In this document: in pieces, positions 9,242-18,839 of the stretch
Position numbering within the stretch: the stretch's first letter is position 1
Layout: each line of letters begins with the position of its first letter
DNA from: a virus
Virus record (IMG/VR): IMGVR_UViG_3300037483_001012
Span: 48,715-112,714 of that record
Strand: one strand, 5' to 3'
DNA length: 64,000 nucleotides
The notes under the pieces: model-generated
Told to the model about the DNA's origin: nothing
The model's input: only the letters and a program-made list of their open reading frames with translations
The model's database searches: none
Made by a program: the position numbers and the translations under genes

Positions 9242-9370
9242 ATGAAACCCGCGATATTGCCCAATCCTTTCGACGATCTCGCCGCGCCGGCCAAGCGCAA
9301 GGCCAAGCGAAGGAAGCCCGCCCGCAAGCCGGCGACGCGCCGCAAGGTGGCCACACGCCGCAAGCGATAG
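9242..9370 (+). CDS. 42-aa Arg/Lys-rich protein
   Basis: Hairpin + GAGGA RBS; MKPAILPNPFDDLAAPAKRKAKRRKPARKPATRRKVATRRKR. Confidence 0.7.
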   Translation: MKPAILPNPFDDLAAPAKRKAKRRKPARKPATRRKVATRRKR

Positions 9371-9478
9371 GCGCGCGCCGCGTTGTGCAGCTCGTCGACA
9401 GACGGGCTGCATAGCAGGGCGCGGCCTAGGCCAGCTCTACCGTTCGGAATAGTCCGGACGGGTATCGAGGATCGTAAC

Positions 9479-9661
9479 ATGCTCTATGCAAACGTCCGCG
9501 TTGCGCGCGCCGCAACCGGCCTCTGGTCCGCCTTCGGGTCATGGGTCGGCGGCTCCTTTCATGTGCTTGGCTGCCTGTCGGATACCGAGGCCCGCGCCTT
9601 CGCGCGTGGCCGGTGCCTGGCCATCGGACGCGCGCCCCGCTACATCGGGGGTTCGCGATGA
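9479..9661 (+). CDS. Hypothetical protein
   Basis: Hairpin + GAGG RBS before MLYANV; followed by two tiny ATGA-coupled ORFs (9658-9747, 9744-9821). Confidence 0.7.
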   Translation: MLYANVRVARAATGLWSAFGSWVGGSFHVLGCLSDTEARAFARGRCLAIGRAPRYIGGSR

Positions 9662-9910
9662 AACGCAAACCCATCGCCTATGTCCGGCGCCGCACCCGAA
9701 AATTCGTGCGGACCGACAAGCGCGCGTTTCTGGAGTCGTGCCAATGATTAGCACCCCCGAGGCCATCGCCCTTGTCGTCCTGGCGCTTGTCTTGCTATGG
9801 CAGGCGTTCAGGCCAGCGTGACGTTGCGAAGCGGGGCGGCAGGTTCGCCCCGTCACGGAACGCCAAGCCGTCCCTTGCTGGAATTGTCCGGCACGAATTG
9901 AGGAATCGAT

Positions 9911-10819
9911 ATGAACATGATGGTAGGCCCGGAAGCCATGACGGCGGCCGCTCTTTCGTCCCGCGCAATGCTGGCGCGCCTGAAAATCTGCACTTGGTCG
10001 GCGACCAAACTTGACCGCAAGGTAACCGACAAGGTGAATACGGAACACCATGCCGCGCATGACGCCGGGCGCTATAACAAGCGCCTGCTTTCCAAAAGCG
10101 CAACGGCGGTCTTGACGCGGGTTTGCAGCGAGGCGCGCGCCGCGCACTACGCCCGCACCCTGCCCTGGCAGGATGACGGCGTGCGCATTCTTTCGGCCGC
10201 CGCGTATATGGAATACGCGGAAAAAATGGCCGGGCTGCGCTCTCAATTCGATGCGGCGGCCGACTCCTTCGCGATAGGCTATGCCGAATTCGTGATTGAT
10301 GAACGCGCGCGGCTTAACGGCATGTTCAATGCCGACGACTACCCGCCGGCGGAGATCATCCGCAACCGCTTTACCTTTGACGTGAAAATCGATGTGATGC
10401 CGGACGCGTCCGACTTCCGGGTCGACTTGGGCGAGGCGCAAGCGGCGGAGATCCGCGCCGATATCGAGGCGCGGACCAAACAAGCCTTGGCCGACGCGAT
10501 GCGCGACGTATGGGAACGCGTTGCGGAAAGCGTTGGCCACATGGCGGACCGGCTGAAAAACTACCGCCCGGCGGAAACCAAAGGCGACAAGTCGCAAGGC
10601 ATTTTCCGCGATTCGCTGGTGGAGAATATCCGCGATCTCGTCGCCGTGCTGCCCGGCCTCAACGTCACGGGCGACCCGCGGCTTGCCGCCGTCGCGGACC
10701 GCCTGCCCGCGTTGTGCCGCGACGACGCGGCGACGTTGCGCGACGACGCCACGGCGCGCGCCAGCGTGGCGGCGGAAGCCGACGCGATCTTAAAAGACGT
10801 ATCGGAATATCTGGCCTAA
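9911..10819 (+). CDS. DUF3150-like phage protein
   Basis: WSATKLDRK...YNKRLL...TLPWQDDGVRIL...IFRDSLVEN; typical partner of AAA/vWA pairs. Confidence 0.75.
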   Translation: MNMMVGPEAMTAAALSSRAMLARLKICTWSATKLDRKVTDKVNTEHHAAHDAGRYNKRLLSKSATAVLTRVCSEARAAHYARTLPWQDDGVRILSAAAYMEYAEKMAGLRSQFDAAADSFAIGYAEFVIDERARLNGMFNADDYPPAEIIRNRFTFDVKIDVMPDASDFRVDLGEAQAAEIRADIEARTKQALADAMRDVWERVAESVGHMADRLKNYRPAETKGDKSQGIFRDSLVENIRDLVAVLPGLNVTGDPRLAAVADRLPALCRDDAATLRDDATARASVAAEADAILKDVSEYLA

Positions 10820-10915
10820 GTGCATTCCGGCTAGGCGCGGCGGTAACGCCGCGCCCTTCCCGAGCGCATAACGCCCGCCGCGCGGAATGGCCCGCACGGA
10901 TTTGAGGAAACCGCT

Positions 10916-11929
10916 ATGAACCTGATTCAAGCATCCGCCGCACTCAATGCCTACATGGCGGCAAACGTGCCAACGTTCCTTTGGGGCGCGCCCGGCATCG
11001 GCAAGTCCGATCTGACGCGCGACGTGGCTAAGGCGAACGATATGCCGCTAATCGACGTGCGCGCAATCTTGCTCGATCCCGTCGACCTTCGCGGGCTGCC
11101 CACCGTGACCGATGGCCGCGCGACCTGGGCGCAACCGGATTTCTTGCCGCGCGCGGACCGGGACGGCCCTAAGGGCATTCTGTTGCTTGATGAATTGAAC
11201 GCCGCGCCCGCGTCGGTGCAAGCCGCACTTTTCCAACTGATTCTTGACCGCAAGCTAGGCGAATACACCTTGCCGCCGGACTGGCGCATTGTCGCGGCCG
11301 GTAACCGCCAAAGCGATCGCGCGGCGGCGCAGCGAATGCCGTCCGCCCTGGCCAATCGCTTCGCGCATATCGACGTTGACGCCGACGTGACCGCCTGGGG
11401 CAAATGGGCGGCGGCGAACAATATCGCGCCGATGGTGCTGGCGTTCATCCGTTTTCGTCCCGCCCTGCTGCACGCCATGGAAGGAAGCGATTTGCGCGCG
11501 TTCCCGACACCGCGCGCATGGGCAACCGTTGCCCGACTCCCGCAAGTCCAGACAGTCGGCACGGCGGACCGGGACGCGGACGCGTTCCGGCTGGCCCTGG
11601 TCGGCGGCGTCGTCGGCGAAGCGGCGGCGGCGGAACTGGAAGGCTTTATACGGGTCTGGCGATCCCTGCCGACAATCGCGGATATCATCGCGGACCCGGA
11701 CGGCGTGACCGTGCCGAACGATCCGGCCACGCTCTACGCGGTTTCAACCGCGCTGGCGCGCAAGGCGGACCGCAAGACCTTTGAACCGATCTTGCGCTTT
11801 GCCCGGCGCGCCATGGGGCAGGAATTCGGAATCCTGCTTTGCGTCGACGCGATCACGCGCGACCCGGACCTTAAAACGACGCGCGCATTCGTTGAATGGG
11901 CGTCCGACAATCAGGACGTAACGCTATGA
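10916..11929 (+). CDS. MoxR-like AAA+ ATPase
   Basis: GAPGIGKS Walker A, LLLDELN Walker B, AAGNR, LANRF. Confidence 0.92.
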   Translation: MNLIQASAALNAYMAANVPTFLWGAPGIGKSDLTRDVAKANDMPLIDVRAILLDPVDLRGLPTVTDGRATWAQPDFLPRADRDGPKGILLLDELNAAPASVQAALFQLILDRKLGEYTLPPDWRIVAAGNRQSDRAAAQRMPSALANRFAHIDVDADVTAWGKWAAANNIAPMVLAFIRFRPALLHAMEGSDLRAFPTPRAWATVARLPQVQTVGTADRDADAFRLALVGGVVGEAAAAELEGFIRVWRSLPTIADIIADPDGVTVPNDPATLYAVSTALARKADRKTFEPILRFARRAMGQEFGILLCVDAITRDPDLKTTRAFVEWASDNQDVTL

Positions 11930-13089
11930 GCCTGCCCCACAAGTTCACGCGCGCCCGCGCCGCGCTGGTCATGCGTCAGCCGTTTTTCGGAACGCTAGCG
12001 CTGCACCTCCGGGCCGAAATGACACCCGAATTTGACACGATGGCAACCGATGGCGTCCGGCTGCTGGTCAATCCGGATTTCTTGGAAACGCTTTCCGCCT
12101 CTGAGGCGGAAGGCGTGATAGCGCACGAAGTTCTACATTGTGCGTCAAAACACCATACGCGGCGCAAAGGCCGTGACGCCAAGCGCTGGAACATCGCTAC
12201 GGACCTGGCGATAAACCGCGATCTGATCGCGGCCGGCTTCAAACTACCGGCCGGGGCTCTGATCGATCCCAAGTATGGCGACCTTGGCGCGGAAGCGATC
12301 TACCGCCTGTTAGAGCAAGAAGAGCAAGCCGGCGGCGGTCAATCGCAACCCGCGCCGGGACAATCCGGCGGGACCGATCCGGGCGGGTGCGGCGAAATTC
12401 TCGACGCCGCGCCAGAACACGATACGGCGGCCGTCTCGGCGGCGGAGGCAGAATGGGATACGATCACGCGGCAAGCCGTCAACGTGGCCAAGGCCCGCAA
12501 CGCCGGGCAGGTCCCCGGCAATCTGGCGCGCCTTGTGGAAACCATGAACGCGCCGCGCGTCGACTGGCGCGGCGTGCTGCGCCGCTTTGTCGACGAGTCT
12601 ACGTCCCGCGACTTTTCATGGATGCGACCTAACCGCCGCCACCTGTACGCGGGCCGGATCATGCCGGGCTACGTCCCGGACCGGCCGTCCCATGTCGTGG
12701 CAATGATTGACACGTCCGGGTCAATTCAGCCGGCGGACCTGGCCGCGTTCCGAACTGAGATACAGGCCGCGCTTGACGACGGCGCGGCGGACCGGGTGAC
12801 CGTGGCCTATGCCGATACGGTGGTGCATGCGCATGACGAATTCGCCGCCGGGGATCTCGTTCGCATGGAAGCCAAGGGCGGCGGCGGCACGTCGTTTGCG
12901 CAGCCGTTGGCATGGGTTGCCGAGAACGTGCCGGACGTTTCGGCGGTCCTCTATATGACCGATTGCCAAGTGACCGAATGGGGCGACCCGCCCGCGCCCG
13001 TGCTTTGGGTTGTGACCGGCGACCCGCGCACGGCGGCGCGGTGCGCAGCGCGCGCGCCGTTCGGGGAGGTAATCATTTTGGCGGACTAG
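11926..13089 (+). CDS. Metallopeptidase-vWA protein (DUF2201-like)
   Basis: TMATDG, HEVLH (HExxH), IDTSGS MIDAS, GGGGT; ATGA overlap with the ATPase. Confidence 0.9.
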   Translation: MSLPHKFTRARAALVMRQPFFGTLALHLRAEMTPEFDTMATDGVRLLVNPDFLETLSASEAEGVIAHEVLHCASKHHTRRKGRDAKRWNIATDLAINRDLIAAGFKLPAGALIDPKYGDLGAEAIYRLLEQEEQAGGGQSQPAPGQSGGTDPGGCGEILDAAPEHDTAAVSAAEAEWDTITRQAVNVAKARNAGQVPGNLARLVETMNAPRVDWRGVLRRFVDESTSRDFSWMRPNRRHLYAGRIMPGYVPDRPSHVVAMIDTSGSIQPADLAAFRTEIQAALDDGAADRVTVAYADTVVHAHDEFAAGDLVRMEAKGGGGTSFAQPLAWVAENVPDVSAVLYMTDCQVTEWGDPPAPVLWVVTGDPRTAARCAARAPFGEVIILAD

Positions 13090-13162
13090 CGAACATCGAG
13101 GACGCGCCGCGCGCGCCCTCTCTCTCGTGCGGAATAGTCCGCACGTCATTGGAGGATATGGA

Positions 13163-13678
13163 ATGCTTACAAAGCATGAACTGCGCCGCGCCATGGGCGA
13201 AGCATATGGCGCTTGGTACTGGCGCACGCCGGGCCGCTTCGCACACAAGGCCGGACCGGACGGGAAAGCCGAGCGGGTCGCCTATATCCTAAAATATCGG
13301 GCGCGTCGCGCGGAACTAAGCGCCGGGACGTTCCGGCCGGAAGTAAACGCGCGCGGCAACGTCGTTTTGCGCGATCATGATGCAGACCGCGCGTTGCGCT
13401 TGCGCAATGCCGGCGACCGCTACGCATACGATTTTGGTCCGTGCCGGGCCTGGATTCAATTCGATACCCGACAAGATGCCATCTACTTTGGCGTATGGGT
13501 GAACCCAGACAATCGCCAAATATTCACCTACTGCGAAGGCGACCGGATTCTAGTTACATGCCCGACGCCCGAGTCATTCCGCACCGAGTTGATCGACGCA
13601 AAAGAATTCTACGGCGCGCCGATTCCGCCACCGCTGCAAGATTTACTCGCCGATCTGGAGTCGGCCACCTGTAACTAA
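13163..13678 (+). CDS. Hypothetical protein
   Basis: Hairpin + GGAGG RBS before MLTKH. Confidence 0.75.
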   Translation: MLTKHELRRAMGEAYGAWYWRTPGRFAHKAGPDGKAERVAYILKYRARRAELSAGTFRPEVNARGNVVLRDHDADRALRLRNAGDRYAYDFGPCRAWIQFDTRQDAIYFGVWVNPDNRQIFTYCEGDRILVTCPTPESFRTELIDAKEFYGAPIPPPLQDLLADLESATCN

Positions 13679-13772
13679 TCGCGCGCGTCGCGGTTTGCCG
13701 CGCCATGCGCGCGGCATTCCAGGGCGCGGCCCTATGCCGGGAATGGTCCCGGCGTTCAAATGAGGAAAGCAC

Positions 13773-14165
13773 ATGCCCGATATCTCAAAGCTTGTATCAG
13801 AACTGCGCCTTGGCGACCAAGTTGATTTGGAAGGCGACAAATTTGCGGACCCGCGCCTCGACAAGCCCGCGCTCCAAAGTGAATACCAACGCGTCGTCAG
13901 CGTTGAACGGGAAAGTACCAATTGCATCGCTGTCGCCTTCGAGGGATTCGACTTAATCGGATTCCCGCCGGACCACCGCGTTAAGGTAGCGCCATGCCAG
14001 ACAACAAAAATCAGCGTTCCGAGAGCCATGAGCGCGACGCAAGCCGATCTCGCCGCGTCATTGGCCTGCTACACGTCCGACGATGATTGGGGCGATGACC
14101 GGCGTGCGTTCCTGCAATCTGTCAGTGATCGAATCCTCTTGGATTTGATGACTGGCGAATACTAG
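13773..14165 (+). CDS. Hypothetical protein
   Basis: Hairpin + GAGGA RBS. Confidence 0.75.
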   Translation: MPDISKLVSELRLGDQVDLEGDKFADPRLDKPALQSEYQRVVSVERESTNCIAVAFEGFDLIGFPPDHRVKVAPCQTTKISVPRAMSATQADLAASLACYTSDDDWGDDRRAFLQSVSDRILLDLMTGEY

Positions 14166-14290
14166 GCGGCTCGCGCCTACTCCATAAATCGTCACTCTCC
14201 TAATCGTCCGCCATAATATTTACGCAATTATAGCGGATGGTGCCAAGATCAATTCGGTTTGGAATAGTCCGGACCACATATGAGGAACAC

Positions 14291-14527
14291 ATGTCACACA
14301 AACCCGACTTTGACATCATCGATACCGGATCGCTGGCGCTATTCACGCCAATGACGGAACGGGCAATCGATCATGCCGAGCAACATCTTGCCGACGCCAT
14401 GACGCACGGCCTCAGCTACGTTGTGGAGCGCCGCTACGCCCTCGATATCGTCAACGACCTGATGAACGAGCATGGCTTTACCGTCATGATCGACGGTCGC
14501 GAACTGGCGTCCATCTCGCCCGTCTAG
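14291..14527 (+). CDS. Hypothetical small acidic protein
   Basis: Hairpin + GAGGA RBS before MSHKPD. Confidence 0.75.
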   Translation: MSHKPDFDIIDTGSLALFTPMTERAIDHAEQHLADAMTHGLSYVVERRYALDIVNDLMNEHGFTVMIDGRELASISPV

Positions 14528-14569
14528 CTTTCACGTTCGGAATGGTCCGAACAGCGCATGAGGAAACCA

Positions 14570-15163
14570 ATGGCAACCACATTTGTTCTCGATCTTTCCC
14601 ATCCCGAGCATGGCACCCAAGAAACTCAGGTGACCATCGCTGCCGATGGCGGCTTCCATATGCATTATGAGGACGATATCGCGCCGCAGGCGCGTAAGAA
14701 TGTCGCCTCTCGCTTTGTCGATTACGAAAGCTTCGGTTCAGGTTCCGCCTATGCGGATCGTCTCGAAGAGGTCGGCGACGTATTCAAGATCACCGGCATA
14801 GCATTCGTGGACGTGCCGGCACGGCCCGACATTCGCTTCGCGGTGCGCGGCAACTACTCCACCGATGAACAGGGCGATTGGTCCGACTGGATCATGGCGA
14901 GCGATAAAGAGCGCGCCGAATTTCTGGCGCGGTGGACGATGGCGGAGAACGAACGCGCCGACCCGTCCAGCGAACATGACTTCCAAATCACCATGGAAGA
15001 GATCGAGATCAAGGAATGCTACCCGGAGCCGTTCACCAAAGACGAACTGGCAAAATTCGTGGGAACGATTGCGCGGATGATCCCGACCGAGGACGGGGAC
15101 GATTCAATCGCAACCGTCAATCGTTTGATCGAGGACGCCCGCAAGCTTCTCGGGGTCGTGTAA
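14570..15163 (+). CDS. Hypothetical acidic protein
   Basis: Hairpin + GAGGA RBS before MATTF. Confidence 0.8.
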   Translation: MATTFVLDLSHPEHGTQETQVTIAADGGFHMHYEDDIAPQARKNVASRFVDYESFGSGSAYADRLEEVGDVFKITGIAFVDVPARPDIRFAVRGNYSTDEQGDWSDWIMASDKERAEFLARWTMAENERADPSSEHDFQITMEEIEIKECYPEPFTKDELAKFVGTIARMIPTEDGDDSIATVNRLIEDARKLLGVV

Positions 15164-15198
15164 CCCGCGCGGAATAGCCCGCGCACGTATAGGAGATC

Positions 15199-15366
15199 AT
15201 GAAAATGCGCAAGCTGCCGAAGGACGTTATCGCTGCGCTCAAATGGTCGGCGCGTAGCGTACACCATCCGGCCTGTCCAATCGCGCGCGGGAAAGATATT
15301 GAGACAATCACTCACAACCCGTGCACCTGTCATGTGAAGGCGGCCAAGGACGCCCTGGCAAAGTAG
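15199..15366 (+). CDS. 55-aa His/Cys-containing protein
   Basis: Hairpin + AGGAG RBS; HHPACP...CTCH, read by hand. Confidence 0.65.
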   Translation: MKMRKLPKDVIAALKWSARSVHHPACPIARGKDIETITHNPCTCHVKAAKDALAK

Positions 15367-15415
15367 AGACTGAGACCGCAAGTGGAATGGTCCGCGCGCA
15401 ATGGAGGAAATATTG

Positions 15416-15598
15416 ATGGCAAAAGCCAAGCTGGAAATCCGCATTTGGACCGATGATGACAAAGAGCTTCCTGACGATTTGCCGGAAGCCTTTGCTCCGC
15501 ACATGGAGCATGTCGGGAAAATGGCCGAAGAAGGTTGTTTTGCCGGCGAAATCTGCGACGAGAATTTTAGGGGTTGGTGGGAAATCGTCACGGGCTAG
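15416..15598 (+). CDS. Small acidic protein
   Basis: Hairpin + GGAGG RBS before MAKAK. Confidence 0.75.
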   Translation: MAKAKLEIRIWTDDDKELPDDLPEAFAPHMEHVGKMAEEGCFAGEICDENFRGWWEIVTG

Positions 15599-15643
15599 TC
15601 AAATCACTAGCGCGGAATAGTCCGCACGCAAAAGGAGGACGGC

Positions 15644-15823
15644 ATGACAATGAAATCAAGCCCTCTCTTTGACCGATGCGTCGCGATCATCGTCTGGTCG
15701 ACGATCATCCTCTGGCTTATTTTCGCGCGCTACCACTCCTTCCGGAGCGCCCGGAAGGCCCGACGCCTGCTCTTGAATCGTCAGGCGCGCAAGCGCCACA
15801 ACATGGAGACAGTATCACAATGA
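15644..15823 (+). CDS. Small membrane protein
   Basis: Hairpin + AGGAGG RBS; TM segment followed by a basic tail. Confidence 0.65.
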   Translation: MTMKSSPLFDRCVAIIVWSTIILWLIFARYHSFRSARKARRLLLNRQARKRHNMETVSQ

Positions 15824-16878
15824 GCCAAGTCATGGTCCTGGCCGGCGACACCGCCGCGCCGTGCTCTTGCGAGAATTGCGGCTGGAAAGGCACGGCCGCC
15901 GCCCTCGAAATGATTTCTGATTTCGAGGATCGCGTATCAGCCGGCGAAACCGTTCCGGCCGGGCAATGCCCGGAATGTGGCGCGCTTGCGCACCTTGATA
16001 CGGCCCCCGCTTGGAGCGCCGACGCGCTTTTGTCGCGCGCCAATGATCTGTTCCGTGAAGCGGTTGACGCATGGCCGCAATTCGACGGCGACGATGCGGT
16101 GAGCGGAGCGGACCTGGTCGAATGGTTCGCGGAGTGGCGCGGGCGCGTGAAGGCGCAACTCGGCGGTGCCATAGCTTCGCCTCTCGTAACGCAACCGACC
16201 TTCGGAGCGGTCACCGTGGCGACCTTCACGCACAAGCACGGCGTCGACACGCGCGTTTTTGCCACCGCCGATGCTGCCGAACTTTGGCGGCAAGAGATCG
16301 CTAAGGAATATTGGCGCGACTTCATGAATGAAGACGCCCCGACCGATCCCGTTGCCATGGCTGATCGCTATTTCGAGCGCGGCAACGAGTTGGGGGATGA
16401 GTTTTTCGCGGCGGAACAATGCCCCGTTGAAGGACCATCGCCTTCTCTCGACAGCCAATTGGCAATCGATGCGCGCGCCCTGCTGATCGAGATCGACGCC
16501 GCGCGCGGCAAACCGATTGACGGCGGCACCGTGCTGGACCCGCTGCACCCGATCTGCGCTTTCGCGGAGCATCTATCCGAAACGCTTAAGGGCGTGCCGG
16601 CCAACGAGCAATCGCGCCCGATCCTTGCCGTTATCTGCGACGGCGGCCTGGTGCAAGGCCTCGTATCAACGCGGCCGGCCGTCTTCGGCGATGTTCTGGT
16701 CATCGATTACGACACCGAAGGTGCGGGCGGCAAAGACGTGATGGACGTCAACCAGGGCGATGGCACCTATGCCGAGGCGTGCGTATCGCTGCGATCTGTC
16801 GAGGCCGCCGCGATTGATCTGCCGCAGGTCATCTTGGATTTGGTCCGACAATCGTCCGAAGATTCCGTCGCGCCTTAA
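15820..16878 (+). CDS. Multidomain hypothetical protein with N-terminal zinc ribbon
   Basis: CENCGW...PAGQCPECGAL; ATGA overlap with the upstream ORF. Confidence 0.75.
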   Translation: MSQVMVLAGDTAAPCSCENCGWKGTAAALEMISDFEDRVSAGETVPAGQCPECGALAHLDTAPAWSADALLSRANDLFREAVDAWPQFDGDDAVSGADLVEWFAEWRGRVKAQLGGAIASPLVTQPTFGAVTVATFTHKHGVDTRVFATADAAELWRQEIAKEYWRDFMNEDAPTDPVAMADRYFERGNELGDEFFAAEQCPVEGPSPSLDSQLAIDARALLIEIDAARGKPIDGGTVLDPLHPICAFAEHLSETLKGVPANEQSRPILAVICDGGLVQGLVSTRPAVFGDVLVIDYDTEGAGGKDVMDVNQGDGTYAEACVSLRSVEAAAIDLPQVILDLVRQSSEDSVAP

Positions 16879-16949
16879 ATTCCGCCGCAATCGTCAACTA
16901 CCGTTTTCAAATTCTGGAATAGTCCGGAACAAACATGAGGAAAAAACCA

Positions 16950-18275
16950 ATGAACGCAATGACACCCGCTTTCTCCCCCGCGCGCCCGGCCAGCGATGCC
17001 GAGTCCGCGGCAATCGCCGCCTCGATGGTCCCGGCAAAGCCGGACCCGATTCCAGCCTCCCACACTCTCACCGCTCACGCGCGGCTGGACGGCCCGTCAC
17101 TGACTGCCGCGATCAACGCGTGCATCCGCATTGTCGAGAAACGCAACGCCGCTCCGATGTTCGCCAACGTCATGCTTACCGCCAGCGCCGGCGGCGTGAC
17201 CATGGAAGGGACCGACGGCGACATTGTCATTACGGTGCCGATCAACGGCACGGCTGACGCCAATTTTGCCACGACGATCCCCGCCCATATGTTGCGCGAC
17301 GTTCTGCGCAAGGCCAAGGGCTGCGAAATGGTCACTGTTGACCTGACCGAAAAGACCACGTACCGCGCGCCGTACGGCTATGAGAAGACCCTCGACCCGG
17401 TCCCGACGGTCGATAACCGCAATTCGCTGCGCATGGGTCGCTTCAAGGTTACGTTGAATGGCCTGCCGGCGGCCGACTTCCCCAAGCTCAAACCGGAATC
17501 TCGGCAATTCAGCCACAAGTTCACCATGCCGGCGGCCGATCTGGCGCGCGCACTTTCCAAGGTCGAATTCTGCATCTCGACTGAGGAAACGCGCTACTAC
17601 TTGAACGGCATCTACATGCACGTCCCTCACCATTCGAAAGCAAGGCCGGCGACGCTGTGCTTTGCCGCGACGGATGGCCATCGCATGGGCGTCGCCGACA
17701 TCCCGGCGCCGGATGGCGTCTTTGGTATGCCCGGCGTCATCGTGCCGGCCAAGGCCGTGGCTGAATTCATCCGACTGTGTTCTGCCAAACCGGTTGCCGA
17801 GCATTATGTCACCATCTCTGTTTCGCCAGCGCGGGTACAACTCCAGGCCGGCGACGTGACGGTGAACTCCTACGTTATCGATGGCACCTACCCGGACTAC
17901 GGCCGCGTCGTCCCGTCCGGCAATGACAAGCTGGCGCGCGTCGATATCGCCGACCTGATCGACGCGGTCGACAAGGTTTGCGTCATCTCGTCGGAGCGCG
18001 GCCGTACGGTCAAGCTCGCCTTCACGGCTGGCAACTGCTTGCTGACCGTGGTCAACCCGGATACCGGCGCTGCGACCCTGCCGATCGATCTGGAATATTC
18101 CAGCAACCCCATGGATATCGGCTTCAACTCCAGATATCTGACTTCCATCCTGGAGATGTTCGACGGCGACGTGGTCGAAATGCTGATGGCCGATCCCGGC
18201 TCGCCGACACTCTTCACCGGTCGCGACACCAAGGACTCCGGGGTACGGTACGTGCTCATGCCAATGCGGGTGTAG
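16950..18275 (+). CDS. dnaN: DNA polymerase III beta sliding clamp
   Basis: ISTEETRYYLNGIY, ATDGHR, IDGTYPDY, IGFNSRYL, YVLMPMRV C-terminus. Confidence 0.95.
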   Translation: MNAMTPAFSPARPASDAESAAIAASMVPAKPDPIPASHTLTAHARLDGPSLTAAINACIRIVEKRNAAPMFANVMLTASAGGVTMEGTDGDIVITVPINGTADANFATTIPAHMLRDVLRKAKGCEMVTVDLTEKTTYRAPYGYEKTLDPVPTVDNRNSLRMGRFKVTLNGLPAADFPKLKPESRQFSHKFTMPAADLARALSKVEFCISTEETRYYLNGIYMHVPHHSKARPATLCFAATDGHRMGVADIPAPDGVFGMPGVIVPAKAVAEFIRLCSAKPVAEHYVTISVSPARVQLQAGDVTVNSYVIDGTYPDYGRVVPSGNDKLARVDIADLIDAVDKVCVISSERGRTVKLAFTAGNCLLTVVNPDTGAATLPIDLEYSSNPMDIGFNSRYLTSILEMFDGDVVEMLMADPGSPTLFTGRDTKDSGVRYVLMPMRV

Positions 18276-18364
18276 CACGCGCATGCCTACGCGGCGGGGC
18301 GCGTTGTCCCGCCGCAGCTACCAGCGCCAGGAATGGTCCTGACGCCAGATATGGGAGCCGCGAT

Positions 18365-18784
18365 GTGACCACAGCCCTTTCATTTTTGTTCGAAAAATAC
18401 GCGAACCTACAGCCGGAAGACCCACACTGGATTTGCGACGGGGCCGATGACGAGTCGGCGGACTACTGCCGGAAATGCGCCTTGGCCAAAATCAAGAAGG
18501 ACGGCAAAGGCGAACTGAACATGTCGGTCGCGCCCGAAAGCGATAGCTGTAGCCACTGCGAGCAATGCGGCAAGTTGCTCGACTATTGCCTCACGAACTC
18601 AGGCGCCGACGCGGAGCTAGATCACTTCCGTAAGGTCAAATTCCGGCGCGGCAAACCGCTCGACCGGCAAACCGCATACCATTTGGCCAGGATGCTTGCG
18701 GCCAAGGGGGGCGACTTTGAGGCGACCGAGATTGCTGCGCGCGCTATCCGCTGCATGAAGTCGATCCCAAATATCTCGCATTAA
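18365..18784 (+). CDS. Cys-rich hypothetical protein
   Basis: Hairpin + GGAG RBS, GTG start; CRKC and CEQCG pairs. Confidence 0.7.
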   Translation: MTTALSFLFEKYANLQPEDPHWICDGADDESADYCRKCALAKIKKDGKGELNMSVAPESDSCSHCEQCGKLLDYCLTNSGADAELDHFRKVKFRRGKPLDRQTAYHLARMLAAKGGDFEATEIAARAIRCMKSIPNISH

Positions 18785-18839
18785 ACACGCAACGGCTCAC
18801 CGCCAGGAATTGTCCCGGCGAAATAGGAGGAACTACCGA

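Noticed and set aside
9539-10597. Long antisense or alternative-frame ORFs (also 17097-18284, 27906-29144, 53079-53969, 58020-59519)
   Set aside because: Shadows of well-supported genes in GC-rich DNA, with no motifs or RBS.
7878-18340. Intergenic hairpins as integron attC sites
   Set aside because: No RYYYAAC/GTTRRRY boxes and no integron integrase in the window.
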